From positions 1 to 64,000 of IMG/VR virus record IMGVR_UViG_3300034375_013346: a DNA stretch of 64,000 nucleotides. One strand, 5' to 3'. This document shows positions 10,667 through 20,598 of this stretch, in pieces. Position numbers and translations under genes: made by a program. Position 1 is the stretch's first letter. Each line of letters begins with the position of its first letter. Below the pieces are notes generated by a model, which was not told the DNA's origin, did not search any database, and saw only the letters and a program-made list of their open reading frames with translations. The stretch comes from a virus.

Positions 10667-11461
10667 TTATATGTTGCTTTGTTTTAATATACCCTTCTCC
10701 CGATTAAAACAATGCAGAGATATGATATGCATTGAATAATATCCGGGTTCAACTTCTCCCCAAGTTTCGGGGTCTCTCTTTTTCAAGGAATCTAAAATCC
10801 AATATAGCTTTCTACAAGCTAAATAGATATCATCCCTAAAGTGTCTTATGATATCACAGGATCTGATAAAATAAGATATATGAAATCTATCTCCTCTTCT
10901 CATGAAGTGGTAACCTATTGTACAAGGTACTCTTTCCTTATGTGGGGCTCCGGTATCCTCTGGGAACCAAATTGGGAGAAAAGCTTGTCTAGTGAATGGC
11001 TCCCTTTCCAACATATCTATTAAATCAGACATATCACCATACTCAAACCTAATGCCCTGAAGACTCTTTTTTCTAACCTTGCCGGTCTGATTGTTTATAG
11101 GAGCCTTTTTTGGCCAAATTCTCTCCGGATAGGTATGGGAAAACATCTCATCCTTTTTGAATTGCTCATTTTTCTTCCTGTTATAAGGCCACCATTCATT
11201 TGAGGGAGGAGGATTAAGTGGTACCCCACCTATCCTCTCGTCAAAGTGATCATCAGCCCAGGGGAGGTTTGGATTAACCTCCTCGATAAGGCTTTCTATA
11301 TCCTTAGGTATAAACATCTGGAAAGAGTGGTTCATTACTTCCCACATGTCATCTGGGGAAGGAACCCCTTGCCACCTTTCGGTCTTAACCACATATCCGT
11401 GATTATAAAGTCTTTCCTTACTCCACTTAATTGCTTCCGATGGCTTATAAAATGTTTTCAT
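10667..11461 (-). CDS. thymidylate synthase-family enzyme, probably dCMP-specific (hydroxymethylase-like)
   Basis: TRQA, catalytic PC, RSCD, SLH; Asp at the position of E. coli ThyA Asn177 (RSCDIIRHFRDD). Confidence 0.8.
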   Translation of the reverse strand: MKTFYKPSEAIKWSKERLYNHGYVVKTERWQGVPSPDDMWEVMNHSFQMFIPKDIESLIEEVNPNLPWADDHFDERIGGVPLNPPPSNEWWPYNRKKNEQFKKDEMFSHTYPERIWPKKAPINNQTGKVRKKSLQGIRFEYGDMSDLIDMLEREPFTRQAFLPIWFPEDTGAPHKERVPCTIGYHFMRRGDRFHISYFIRSCDIIRHFRDDIYLACRKLYWILDSLKKRDPETWGEVEPGYYSMHIISLHCFNREKGILKQSNI

Positions 11462-11597
11462 AACAAGAACTTACATTTTTATACAGCCTTGTTATCTTGG
11501 AGTTTCCAGATTTTTAATTTTTAAATCTGAATTCATCTTCAGCGGTATGTTGATGTAATGGTTTCTAGATATTAACTACCCAATTCCGTTAGCTCGG

Positions 11598-11945
11598 TTA
11601 GTCTCTTACCTTAATTCGATACTTGCTTTCGATCCAAGACATCTCCATCTCGGCTTTCATTTTTTCACATCCAGTAATTGACATGATCGAATTAACGCCA
11701 TACTCAATCCACTCCTGATATTCCATCCGGGTGATTGATTTGGTGTTTTGCCAAAACGGGTTTTTCTTGACGTCATCTCTTGTTAAACCAAGATAACTTA
11801 GATGTCTCTCCTGTAGAAGATTCACGATAACTTCCTCTTTTTTCTTAGTACTGGAAGAACTCATTGGATATAAAATTTGATATCTGTTTGGATTATTCAT
11901 TTTTACGATTGGGGGCCGAGTATGTTTCGACCGGTACAGACTCAA
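11598..11945 (-). CDS. hypothetical protein
   Basis: ORF of about 100 aa; start uncertain. Confidence 0.5.
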   Translation of the reverse strand: MSLYRSKHTRPPIVKMNNPNRYQILYPMSSSSTKKKEEVIVNLLQERHLSYLGLTRDDVKKNPFWQNTKSITRMEYQEWIEYGVNSIMSITGCEKMKAEMEMSWIESKYRIKVRD

Positions 11946-11977
11946 CTGGATCTATTTATGTCTGTATCCAATTGAAC

Positions 11978-12364
11978 TTACTTTTGAGAGTCTCCTCTCC
12001 ATACTCTATATGAGTCTGAATCGAAGTGTTCAGTAGAGACTTCATAAACTACACCGTCCTCTAAAGCTTCCAACTGGTGTGGTTGACCAGGTCTCTGTCT
12101 TACTGAATCCCCCACCCTGAGTTCAACCTCGTTTACCTCGGCGGTTTCTGTGTCTATCCATCTATAAAGGAAAGATCCCTCCTGGACATACCACGTTTCG
12201 TCCTTTATCATATGGTAGTGCATCGAAAATTTAGCTCCTTTTTTAAAGCATAATAGTTTACCACAGTAAAGTTCATTGTTCTCAAAGATTATCTCATGTC
12301 CCCATCCCTTGGGAACGTTGCATCCTGGACATTCTTTTGCATTAAATACCTTGGGCTTTTCCAT
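11978..12364 (-). CDS. cupin-fold protein (sugar isomerase-like)
   Basis: KGWGHE, SMHYHMIKDETWYV, PGQPH. Confidence 0.8.
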   Translation of the reverse strand: MEKPKVFNAKECPGCNVPKGWGHEIIFENNELYCGKLLCFKKGAKFSMHYHMIKDETWYVQEGSFLYRWIDTETAEVNEVELRVGDSVRQRPGQPHQLEALEDGVVYEVSTEHFDSDSYRVWRGDSQK

Positions 12365-12374
12365 TGGATTTATC

Positions 12375-12794
12375 TTATTTTAATAATTCGTTTATCATGT
12401 CATGATATCGGGGAAGTGCTCTCACGCTAGCCTCATCCTTATCCATGAATTTGGCGTCGTCTATTTCCTCTAATTGTAGCATAGTCTGTGGAATTATTTC
12501 GCTCTTCAGTCCCAGTTCAGAGAGGGATTCGACCCTATATTCATAGATAAAGACCTCCTTGAAAATTTTCTTTGCCCTTATATAGTTAATCTTGAATTCT
12601 CTCCCCAATAAATCCATAGGTACTTCAATTCCAACCTCCTCCAAGGTTTCCCTACATGCTGCTTCCTTATTGCTTTCCCCCTTTTCAACATGTCCCTTTG
12701 GTGGCATATAGCTCTTGAACCATCTAGACCTAGAGCTATGGCAAAGGAGTATCTTATTTTCACACACTATAGCTATCCCTGCTGATCTTTCCAT
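12375..12794 (-). CDS. NUDIX hydrolase
   Basis: Nudix box GHVEKGESNKEAACRETLEEVG. Confidence 0.9.
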   Translation of the reverse strand: MERSAGIAIVCENKILLCHSSRSRWFKSYMPPKGHVEKGESNKEAACRETLEEVGIEVPMDLLGREFKINYIRAKKIFKEVFIYEYRVESLSELGLKSEIIPQTMLQLEEIDDAKFMDKDEASVRALPRYHDMINELLK

Positions 12795-12865
12795 CTCGTT
12801 TTAATATTTGTACAGATATTTATCCAACTTTACACAGCTCTCACCAGATCACTATGTAAAAAAAT

Positions 12866-13699
12866 CTATATCTGATCCGCAGATACTGCTCTACCTTTCA
12901 TTTTCTCCCAATCCTTCTCGGGTCTCACCTCCAGGTTAGTTTTCCATCCACCTTCCACTGTATTCATAGGAAGACCTGCCTCTCTGGCAAAGTGGATCAT
13001 CGCATTAACGTCCTTAGGAAAGCAAGTTCCTCCATACCCCATCTTACCATCTGGACCTGGTACATGAAGATGTGAATCACCCACTCTTCCATCCGAAGCA
13101 AATCCATGGATTGCATCCTCCCAATTAATACCTATCTTCTCACCTAATCGGTAGAATTCATTCATCATTGAAACCTTGGTAGCAAAAAAGGTATTATTCA
13201 TATACTTGATATACTCAGCAGTTGTAGAGTCCGTGTATATGATATGCTTGTTCATGAATCTTTCAGAGAATAATTCACCAACCTCCTTAGTGAGGTCTTC
13301 ATCCCCACCAAGAACTATCCTAGCCTGTGTTAAAATATCAAGCTTAGCAGTCCTCTCCGTTAAAAACTCAGGCGAGAATATAATCCGGTATCCGAATTTC
13401 TCTCTCATCTCCATGGTGGTTCCTGGGAGTACCGTTGATTTGATTATAAAGATAGAATCGGGTGAGGGGATAATGGAGCTAAAGAAATCCTCAATAAGGG
13501 ATAAATCTTGGGTTCCATCGGATCTCATGGGTGTGGGCAGACACACAAAGATGTATTTTTGCCCGAGCACGGCATCTAAACTATGGGTCCTCCTCTTTTC
13601 ATCTATGTCATAAATTCTGACATCGGCTGTTGGAGAAAAAGCAAAGGCCTGAGCCTCTCCTACAAAGCCATTACCCACTATTCCTACTCTTCTTTTCAT
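12866..13699 (-). CDS. UDP-glucose/GDP-mannose dehydrogenase family protein
   Basis: GNGFVG, CLPTP, KSTVLPGT, PEFL, GYGGTCFPKD. Confidence 0.9.
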   Translation of the reverse strand: MKRRVGIVGNGFVGEAQAFAFSPTADVRIYDIDEKRRTHSLDAVLGQKYIFVCLPTPMRSDGTQDLSLIEDFFSSIIPSPDSIFIIKSTVLPGTTMEMREKFGYRIIFSPEFLTERTAKLDILTQARIVLGGDEDLTKEVGELFSERFMNKHIIYTDSTTAEYIKYMNNTFFATKVSMMNEFYRLGEKIGINWEDAIHGFASDGRVGDSHLHVPGPDGKMGYGGTCFPKDVNAMIHFAREAGLPMNTVEGGWKTNLEVRPEKDWEKMKGRAVSADQI

Positions 13700-13704
13700 A
13701 TGTT

Positions 13705-14544
13705 TTATTTTTTATTCTTAAATTCCAGATCAAGACTTTCCTTGTAGTCCTTTATTCTGTTTTTTATTTCTTTCTCGGGTTCCCATCCGGGTAATCTCTT
13801 ATTAACATCTGCACAAGTTAGAAACTGGTATCCCTCGGGTATCATCTCCGGACCAGTATACGTAAAAGGTATATTGAAGGTTGTCATAAAATCCTCGAAG
13901 TAACATGGAGTACCGGTTCCTATATCCCAGGTAGTTCCGGCTTTAACCTTGTCCATCGCTATCAGATTTGCACTAACAACATCATCTACGTGAATGAAGT
14001 CCCTCTGGGGTTTCTTGGGGAAAAGCTCCATTACCTTCATGGATTTTTCCACGTAATATTTATAATAAGCCTGGTAAGCTACTGAGGACATCCTACCTTT
14101 ATTTTGTTCACCTGGACCAAAGACATTAAAATATCTGAGGCAAACAGCAATCCCCATCCCGTGGAGAAAGCCCTCAGCAGCATATTTGGACCAGGCATAT
14201 AGATTAGCCGGTTTTTCCCCATCTGTTCCATAACAGGCAGCGGATGATGAATAAACCATTTTTACCCGATGTTCCATACAGAGATTTCCTAGATACTTGG
14301 AAAACTCGTAATTCAGGAACATCATGTAATTTACATCTTGGTTCAGAGTATCTGAACAAGCACCTACATGAAAAACCCCGTGTATTTTATTATTCTCGAA
14401 TACCTTTCTGAGTCTATCTTGCCAGTCATGCGATAACGCATCTTCCTCCTCGAACGAAAATACTGAATTTCCGCTTGATACAAGGGATCTCTTTAGATTT
14501 CTCCCTATGAATCCATTGGATCCAGTAATTAAATAATTCCTCAT
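13705..14544 (-). CDS. NAD-dependent sugar epimerase, ADP-glycero-manno-heptose 6-epimerase (HldD)-like
   Basis: TGSNGFIG, FHVGACSDT, YSSSAACYG, YAWSK, RYFNVFGPGEQNKGRMSSV, RDFIHVDD. Confidence 0.85.
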   Translation of the reverse strand: MRNYLITGSNGFIGRNLKRSLVSSGNSVFSFEEEDALSHDWQDRLRKVFENNKIHGVFHVGACSDTLNQDVNYMMFLNYEFSKYLGNLCMEHRVKMVYSSSAACYGTDGEKPANLYAWSKYAAEGFLHGMGIAVCLRYFNVFGPGEQNKGRMSSVAYQAYYKYYVEKSMKVMELFPKKPQRDFIHVDDVVSANLIAMDKVKAGTTWDIGTGTPCYFEDFMTTFNIPFTYTGPEMIPEGYQFLTCADVNKRLPGWEPEKEIKNRIKDYKESLDLEFKNKK

Positions 14545-14602
14545 AGAGACTTATTTACTCTATGATACCGGAATTGATCGGAAATATTTCGTTTGTTCTG
14601 GA

Positions 14603-15082
14603 TTATTTTTTAAAATAATCCCAATCTATATCTTGGAAATCTATATCATCCACATCATAACCAGCATATCTATTGCCGCTGAACTGAGCTGGAAAATAAA
14701 ACACATACTTGGAATCATCCGTTATCCCTGTAAGAAATCCTAATCCCTCTCCGGGTTCAGTGATCTCATCGTCATCTAGAATTACTATATCCTCAAAACC
14801 ATCGGGTCTAATAACACTCACAGCCTCCCATGAGGTGTTTTTAAATTGGTTCTTTATCTTCTCCTTATCCGCCTCCCCTGATGGATCCAGAAAGTAAGAG
14901 TAGGTACCATCACGATCAGACCATTCCTTAATCTTCCCTATTAATTCCTCCAGGTCAAGTTCATCACTCCATGGTAAAAGTCTGCGTATGAACTTTACCC
15001 CTCTGCTGTGTTTTTTCTGGGGAAAGGGTGAACTCCTCGCTCTTCTATTCCAATAATCTTCAAAAAGATCTATCTTTTTCAT
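14603..15082 (-). CDS. hypothetical protein with N-terminal capsid-targeting-like motif
   Basis: start MKKIDLFEDY immediately after GATATATA (15088-15095). Confidence 0.6.
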   Translation of the reverse strand: MKKIDLFEDYWNRRARSSPFPQKKHSRGVKFIRRLLPWSDELDLEELIGKIKEWSDRDGTYSYFLDPSGEADKEKIKNQFKNTSWEAVSVIRPDGFEDIVILDDDEITEPGEGLGFLTGITDDSKYVFYFPAQFSGNRYAGYDVDDIDFQDIDWDYFKK

Positions 15083-15086
15083 CAGA

Positions 15087-17048
15087 TTATATATCCAAAA
15101 AGATCCATTGCTCCTGGTAGCATGTGGGATCAAGTATAACAAGCTTCAGATCCATCCCAATCCAATCCCGAGAAACACCTATCCAGTAATTCCCACCGCT
15201 TGTTAAATTTATTGAATATCTGATCAATGCTTGTCCGTATTGATCCTCCAGTATTACCCCACAATTACCCCGGGACTTTCCATTATATTTAAATGATAAC
15301 CTATCTAGAGATGAATCGAACGAAATTTCCGTCAGTGGATTCGATAATGAGGTGGAGAGTCTCTTCGCTACTATAGACCTTATTATATGAGATTCTAGCT
15401 GTCTTATGATTTCATACCAACTGGAATCCATATTCAGATGTACAACATTTAGTGGATTACCTATGAGGTCCCTAGTAGATTTATCAGGAAATGCTGTTCT
15501 ATTAGATTTATCTATAATTTCCTTTGTGTATCTGATTTTATTAGCCCCTATATCTCTCTTTAGTGTACCATCCAGGCAGAGAAAGAAGAAGGGGAAATCA
15601 GGAACTTTGGAAATCTCCAGAGCATCCACCAATGTATAGACTATGTTAATGTCATATGAAACCAGGTCATCATTACTATTCCTAATATCTACCTTATGAC
15701 CCCTTCCTCTGAGCAATGATGCCATTCTCGCACAGTTCTCATAAAAAGGGAAGTCCGAATACTCAACAGGATCGATGATCGAGATGTTTAGTTGAGAGAT
15801 GGATTTTTCGATATCAATCAAGGATTCATGTCTAACCATATCAAATCCAACCGAGTGCTTATACCAATCAGACCCAGTGGCCAAGGATGCTAATATTTCT
15901 TCGAACCCTTTACGATATTGTGATTCATAAGCCCTGTTAAGAAGAATTTTAAACTCTAAATCTTTATTCGATATCGGATTAGATGAGATCGAAAAAACCT
16001 TAATCCTGATTCCACTGAATACATCAACAACCATATCATGAACCTCGATGTGTTGGATATGACCATACTCGCCATATCTACTATGAGTTATTACGCAATC
16101 CCATTTTTCAGAAAATCTAAGTCTCTGCAGATCCGAGTAGATGGAACTAGAATCCTCAAGGGGAGATAAGGAGAACCTATAATCCCATATTTCATAATCC
16201 TCTATTTCGAGGATCTCCATTGCTTTTAAAAATTCAGATTTCCTGACTTCATCATATCCGCCAGTTACACAAACTACCCTGGTGTTTTCCGCATTCTTTG
16301 AAAGCCAATTACCGAAGAATATAGATTCATCATCCGGATGAGCGACTATTATAAGATTTCTTGCAATTTCCAAACAGTTTTCGCATTCTTTTCTAGTGTC
16401 ATCCCAATAAACCCATCTTGAGTTGCATAGTTTACAAAAACCTATTTTATAATTGGGATTCTCTGTAGTATATATTTTACCATCCCGGGGGATGAATTTC
16501 CACTTATAACCGAAGTCACCGGATGAATTGGATTTGACCCTGCTCTTTACAACCTCATGCCAAGAAGTTGACATGCCCTCAGGTGCTACGAAATCTAGAT
16601 AGTCGATTGAGTGATCTGTTATACAATACTCGATAAGCTTTATCCACATCCACTTACCCAAACCTGGATACAATTCCTTGTTATAGAGTGGGGCATTGCA
16701 ATAAAGATAGTTTCCCCACCTAAATATAAAATGTATGGAGATATCCTGATTCCCTAAATATCCTGCAAATAACATTATGTCATTGCCAGAATTAAGAATG
16801 GAATTAGAGTTCCATTCTCCCCATATCGGAAAGTTCCCGTTTGAAAGAGGCTGTGAACACCAGAGATCCATGTAATCCTGTACGAGTGAAACGTCGTAAT
16901 CGATCAACCGATATTCCAGGTTACGATTCCGGGAGAGTGTGCTCTTAAAGTCCTTCCTCGCTGGTTTGGATAGAGATGAGATATACTCACCTAATGAACC
17001 AAAGTCTGAAACCTTCAGTATTAATGGGTTATTCAGATTCGGTATCAT
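15087..17048 (-). CDS. multidomain protein: GNAT-like N-terminus + PIG-L family deacetylase
   Basis: SLSKPARKDFK...GLGKWMW...YLDF (GNAT-like); IIVAHPDDES, RKSEF, GEYGHIQH (PIG-L). Confidence 0.7.
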   Translation of the reverse strand: MIPNLNNPLILKVSDFGSLGEYISSLSKPARKDFKSTLSRNRNLEYRLIDYDVSLVQDYMDLWCSQPLSNGNFPIWGEWNSNSILNSGNDIMLFAGYLGNQDISIHFIFRWGNYLYCNAPLYNKELYPGLGKWMWIKLIEYCITDHSIDYLDFVAPEGMSTSWHEVVKSRVKSNSSGDFGYKWKFIPRDGKIYTTENPNYKIGFCKLCNSRWVYWDDTRKECENCLEIARNLIIVAHPDDESIFFGNWLSKNAENTRVVCVTGGYDEVRKSEFLKAMEILEIEDYEIWDYRFSLSPLEDSSSIYSDLQRLRFSEKWDCVITHSRYGEYGHIQHIEVHDMVVDVFSGIRIKVFSISSNPISNKDLEFKILLNRAYESQYRKGFEEILASLATGSDWYKHSVGFDMVRHESLIDIEKSISQLNISIIDPVEYSDFPFYENCARMASLLRGRGHKVDIRNSNDDLVSYDINIVYTLVDALEISKVPDFPFFFLCLDGTLKRDIGANKIRYTKEIIDKSNRTAFPDKSTRDLIGNPLNVVHLNMDSSWYEIIRQLESHIIRSIVAKRLSTSLSNPLTEISFDSSLDRLSFKYNGKSRGNCGVILEDQYGQALIRYSINLTSGGNYWIGVSRDWIGMDLKLVILDPTCYQEQWIFLDI

Positions 17049-17230
17049 AATCTATCAGAAGTTTATTCCGATCCCATAATGCAATATCGAGAAGAAAAGA
17101 ACCTGCATCAGCAGCAAGACCAAGAAAAATATGAACTCCTCTAACCCGGTCTCCTTAAAAGGGATTCTCTTTGCCCATATGATTCTACCAAAAATTGTTA
17201 CAACCAATATGAAGGTTAAACTAGGCATGC

Positions 17231-17626
17231 TTATTTCTCCACCTTATGTTTAAAATACTTGATCATTATGTGTGCAGACTTGTAGTTGGTGGCAAGAGGC
17301 ACCTCATGAACATCGCACAATCTCATCAGCATGGAAATGTCCACGTCGTGGGGGTGTTTATCCAGTGGATCCCGAAAAAATATCACCCCATCAACCTCGC
17401 CCCTTGTAACCATTGCACCAATTTCAGCGTCCCCTCCCATCGGACCAGATGCTACTTTACATACCTTATCTACCCCTGCATGTGTTATCATAGTTCCAGT
17501 AGTTCCGGTTGCTACTATTCCAACATCGCTTAGTTGGAAGAATGAAAGTCTCTTCATCACAAAAGAGACCATATCAGCTTTCTTCCCATCATGTGCTATC
17601 AAAGCTAACCTAATTTTCTCCTTCAT
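17231..17626 (-). CDS. mgsA: methylglyoxal synthase
   Basis: ALIAHDGKK, ATGTTG, SGPMGGDAEIG, DPLDKHPHDVD, LATN. Confidence 0.95.
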   Translation of the reverse strand: MKEKIRLALIAHDGKKADMVSFVMKRLSFFQLSDVGIVATGTTGTMITHAGVDKVCKVASGPMGGDAEIGAMVTRGEVDGVIFFRDPLDKHPHDVDISMLMRLCDVHEVPLATNYKSAHIMIKYFKHKVEK

Positions 17627-17640
17627 ATTATTTCCATTAT

Positions 17641-18306
17641 TTAGTCCCACCATCTTTCAATGTTTTGTTCCATGATTTTGAAAAGCAGCTTTCTGGCTCT
17701 ATCGTGATTAATATGACCAATATTCATTGCAATCCTTTGTTTATCTTCTTGTTTAAAAGATATAGGTTGAAATGGGCCTTCACCTGCTAGAACCCTTTTA
17801 TAAATCAATGGATATTTAGAAAAGTAATCATCAAAGTTCTCTTCTAGTTCTTTAGATTCCCAGGTTGTGTATCCCTCTTTATCATCACATGGTTTAAACC
17901 AGTGTTTTGTCTTGTGATAGTCCATGTACTCTGAAGAATAGGTCTCATCATCTATCAATTCCATCAGCCGAACACAAGTCATCATGATCTCAGCATCTCT
18001 TTCTGCGCTTACATGAATTCCTCTGCCGCCGATATATTTTGACTGTGCTTTTAATTTATGTGAAAGAATAATAAAGATGAATGAATCATCCCAATTGCGA
18101 TCTTTCCAAATTACAGGGGACCAGTAGATCAGGTTCTTAATACCCACCTTAAAATTACGCCAAGTGTATCTGCCTTCACGGTCCCACCACATTCCTACCA
18201 CTCGGAGCTTCCTTACTATCCAAGGTCTATTATTTCTTTCCTCAGTCCATTGTTCGAATATGTCTTTTTCTGGCTCCATATTAAATTTATTGCTCCAAGC
18301 CAGCAT
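17641..18306 (-). CDS. hypothetical phage protein
   Basis: 221-aa ORF; IWKDRNWD, C-terminal WWD. Confidence 0.65.
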   Translation of the reverse strand: MLAWSNKFNMEPEKDIFEQWTEERNNRPWIVRKLRVVGMWWDREGRYTWRNFKVGIKNLIYWSPVIWKDRNWDDSFIFIILSHKLKAQSKYIGGRGIHVSAERDAEIMMTCVRLMELIDDETYSSEYMDYHKTKHWFKPCDDKEGYTTWESKELEENFDDYFSKYPLIYKRVLAGEGPFQPISFKQEDKQRIAMNIGHINHDRARKLLFKIMEQNIERWWD

Positions 18307-18907
18307 TTTCTAATTCTTCCAATTGAGCTCTAAGCCTATCACTGTTACCCCAAATGATACTTGCATCCGGATCTATTTTTAGTATTTTTTCGACCAATTC
18401 ACTTTCCTCACCCCTCCGATAAAATCCCATCTCGATATCATCCGCTAAATCCTGAAGGTATTTAGGAGCATGGATACTAATTCGTAAATCATAATCTTCC
18501 CATTTAGTTTTCCAATCAACAAAAGCGATACCCTTAGTAAGCTTTCGTTCTAAGTTGTGTAATTTCCAATTACGAACCCTAACAATGCTTCTATCACTCC
18601 CAAAGACGTGCAGAAAACGTAAGAACCATCTTGGGCACCATTTTGGTTTTGCTTCATAATCTAAAGCAAGAACTAGTGGATACAAAGCTTTAAAATAATC
18701 GCTATCTTCATTCCATATTTGCGTTCCCAAGTAACCGAATTTTTCAAATCCTCTAGGAAAGAAGATATAGCGAAAATCACTCCACTCAATATTACGGGTA
18801 TGAATCATTCCCTTCTTACGTCCTTTCCAAAATAAGAATGAGTATTTCAGACTAGCCAGTCGTTCTTTAATTGTTGGCGGTGTATAGAATCTATTACTAC
18901 GTTTCAT
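18287..18907 (-). CDS. hypothetical phage protein
   Basis: 206-aa ORF in operon. Confidence 0.65.
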   Translation of the reverse strand: MKRSNRFYTPPTIKERLASLKYSFLFWKGRKKGMIHTRNIEWSDFRYIFFPRGFEKFGYLGTQIWNEDSDYFKALYPLVLALDYEAKPKWCPRWFLRFLHVFGSDRSIVRVRNWKLHNLERKLTKGIAFVDWKTKWEDYDLRISIHAPKYLQDLADDIEMGFYRRGEESELVEKILKIDPDASIIWGNSDRLRAQLEELENAGLEQ

Positions 18908-18909
18908 AT

Positions 18910-19407
18910 TTAACTAAATTCGGTAGAACTACTGACTCTAAGCCCGTCAACTTCACGATCATAATAATCCTCCGGGTTACTCATCCAGTGGTGATGCGAA
19001 GTTGTATCAAAATATGTCCTATCTGCAACTAAGCCGTCTGGCTGTCCCCAAGCAAATGCCATATCTAAGAATTTCCGAGCATCAATCTCTTCCCCATACT
19101 CGTTGACTACTCGACCGCTGCTGACAAAATCGATTAATTCCTGCTTGGTAGAATAGTATTTATTGCCATTGAAGTTCCAACAGAATTTCCAGCCACTACT
19201 GCGCTTTCCAAGATGGATGCTTGTCACCCTGATAAATTCGTCCCACGGGTTAAGCGAGCTCCACTCGTCATCCGGGTTATCAATATACCTAAAGGCACGT
19301 TCAACATTACCTACACTCATTGGCATGGAGTCTATCCGTTCTTTAAGTCTTTCTTTTTTCCGTTCTAATTCTTCTTCAGTCGGAATTCTATAATAATTTG
19401 TTCCCAT
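18910..19407 (-). CDS. hypothetical phage protein
   Basis: MGTNYY...HLGKRSSGWKF...NEYGE...EFS. Confidence 0.65.
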   Translation of the reverse strand: MGTNYYRIPTEEELERKKERLKERIDSMPMSVGNVERAFRYIDNPDDEWSSLNPWDEFIRVTSIHLGKRSSGWKFCWNFNGNKYYSTKQELIDFVSSGRVVNEYGEEIDARKFLDMAFAWGQPDGLVADRTYFDTTSHHHWMSNPEDYYDREVDGLRVSSSTEFS

Positions 19408-19607
19408 AGTTTCTAGGTTAATCCATATCTCCTGCTGATCTACTGCCAACATTATTAGGTCTTCCGAAGATATCCCTCCTTTTCCCAGCTCTTTCTTTTT
19501 CGTAGCCCCATTTAAAGACGGAGTAAATCAAAAATCCCCCAACCAGGGACATAACTAACATAAGGATTGACATTTCCAAGTAATATGAAATATTCATTTT
19601 TTCAATT

Positions 19608-19955
19608 TTACAAAATTCTTGATTTCTTATAATTAAACAGGAGACAATTTATATTTTCCTTGCCGACTGGATTTGCACTCTGTACTCTCCAATCCGGGAT
19701 ATTTAAATCCTGGTCCATACAATAGTTGACTAACCACTTTGCACACTCATGACCGCTGGGGGAGTCTTCTCCCAAGTCGTGATCAAAGCAGATAAGGTCT
19801 GGCATTCCCCTCAAGGCAAAGTATTCCGTGAATTCCTCAAAATTCTTTGCCCATGAGATATCATCAATTCCTATCTCGTAATCTGGAGCAAACCTGATAA
19901 TCCAGTCTGATTGGAATGGGTTCCTTATGTCATCTAACCAAAGTAGTCTCTTCAT
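19608..19955 (-). CDS. stand-alone receiver-like protein (cyclic-phosphate-processing Receiver type)
   Basis: LWLDDIRNP, FDHDLG, SANPVG. Confidence 0.75.
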   Translation of the reverse strand: MKRLLWLDDIRNPFQSDWIIRFAPDYEIGIDDISWAKNFEEFTEYFALRGMPDLICFDHDLGEDSPSGHECAKWLVNYCMDQDLNIPDWRVQSANPVGKENINCLLFNYKKSRIL

Positions 19956-19963
19956 ATAGTCTG

Positions 19964-20242
19964 TTATCCAGTTATTCTAACGCTGGAGTTTGTTTCTAAT
20001 ACAACTCTAGCACCGCAACTCAGAATGGGATCCTTATCTCCGCTCCCACAATAAGAGAGTTTTGATGGTCCCATGATCTCTATGGAATTGCAGTAGTAGT
20101 TTTTCCTTCCGACTTTTATAGTCACAACGGGCAATTCAGTTCCGTCTTTCTTGTTGGATCTTATATTGTGCTGATTTATATGGATCTTCTTTATTGCTTT
20201 TGACTGCTCCAATATTTCACCCGCCTTAAGTACTTCAACCAT
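19964..20242 (-). CDS. hypothetical phage protein
   Basis: IHINQHNIR...LSCGARV. Confidence 0.6.
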   Translation of the reverse strand: MVEVLKAGEILEQSKAIKKIHINQHNIRSNKKDGTELPVVTIKVGRKNYYCNSIEIMGPSKLSYCGSGDKDPILSCGARVVLETNSSVRITG

Positions 20243-20591
20243 TTTTAGCTCTATTTCTTTTTAGCAATTCCCCTCTAGATATCGCCTCAAGATTTTCGGG
20301 GGAATCGTTATACTTATCACCATCTATATGGTAAATGATATACCCATCGGGAACAGGACCGTGGGTTTCCTCATAGACAAATTTGGGTCTCCTTTTCCTC
20401 TTACCCACGCCATCCCAATAATGTATGCAGTCGTTCTTAGGCTTTTGTACTCCACCCTTCCAACTAACGTGATTTTTCCCTTGGTGAGATTCACCACTTC
20501 TAAAGGTAGTCTCTGGACTTGGGAAAAATCCCTTCATACCCTTATTCCAAGGTATCTGTCCTTTCACGAATTGTCCTTTCTTATTTCTCAT
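20235..20591 (-). CDS. HNH endonuclease with basic N-terminal DNA-binding repeat
   Basis: GQFVKGQIPWNKG; HIDGDKYNDSPENL. Confidence 0.75.
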   Translation of the reverse strand: MRNKKGQFVKGQIPWNKGMKGFFPSPETTFRSGESHQGKNHVSWKGGVQKPKNDCIHYWDGVGKRKRRPKFVYEETHGPVPDGYIIYHIDGDKYNDSPENLEAISRGELLKRNRAKNG

Positions 20592-20598
20592 ATTTTAT

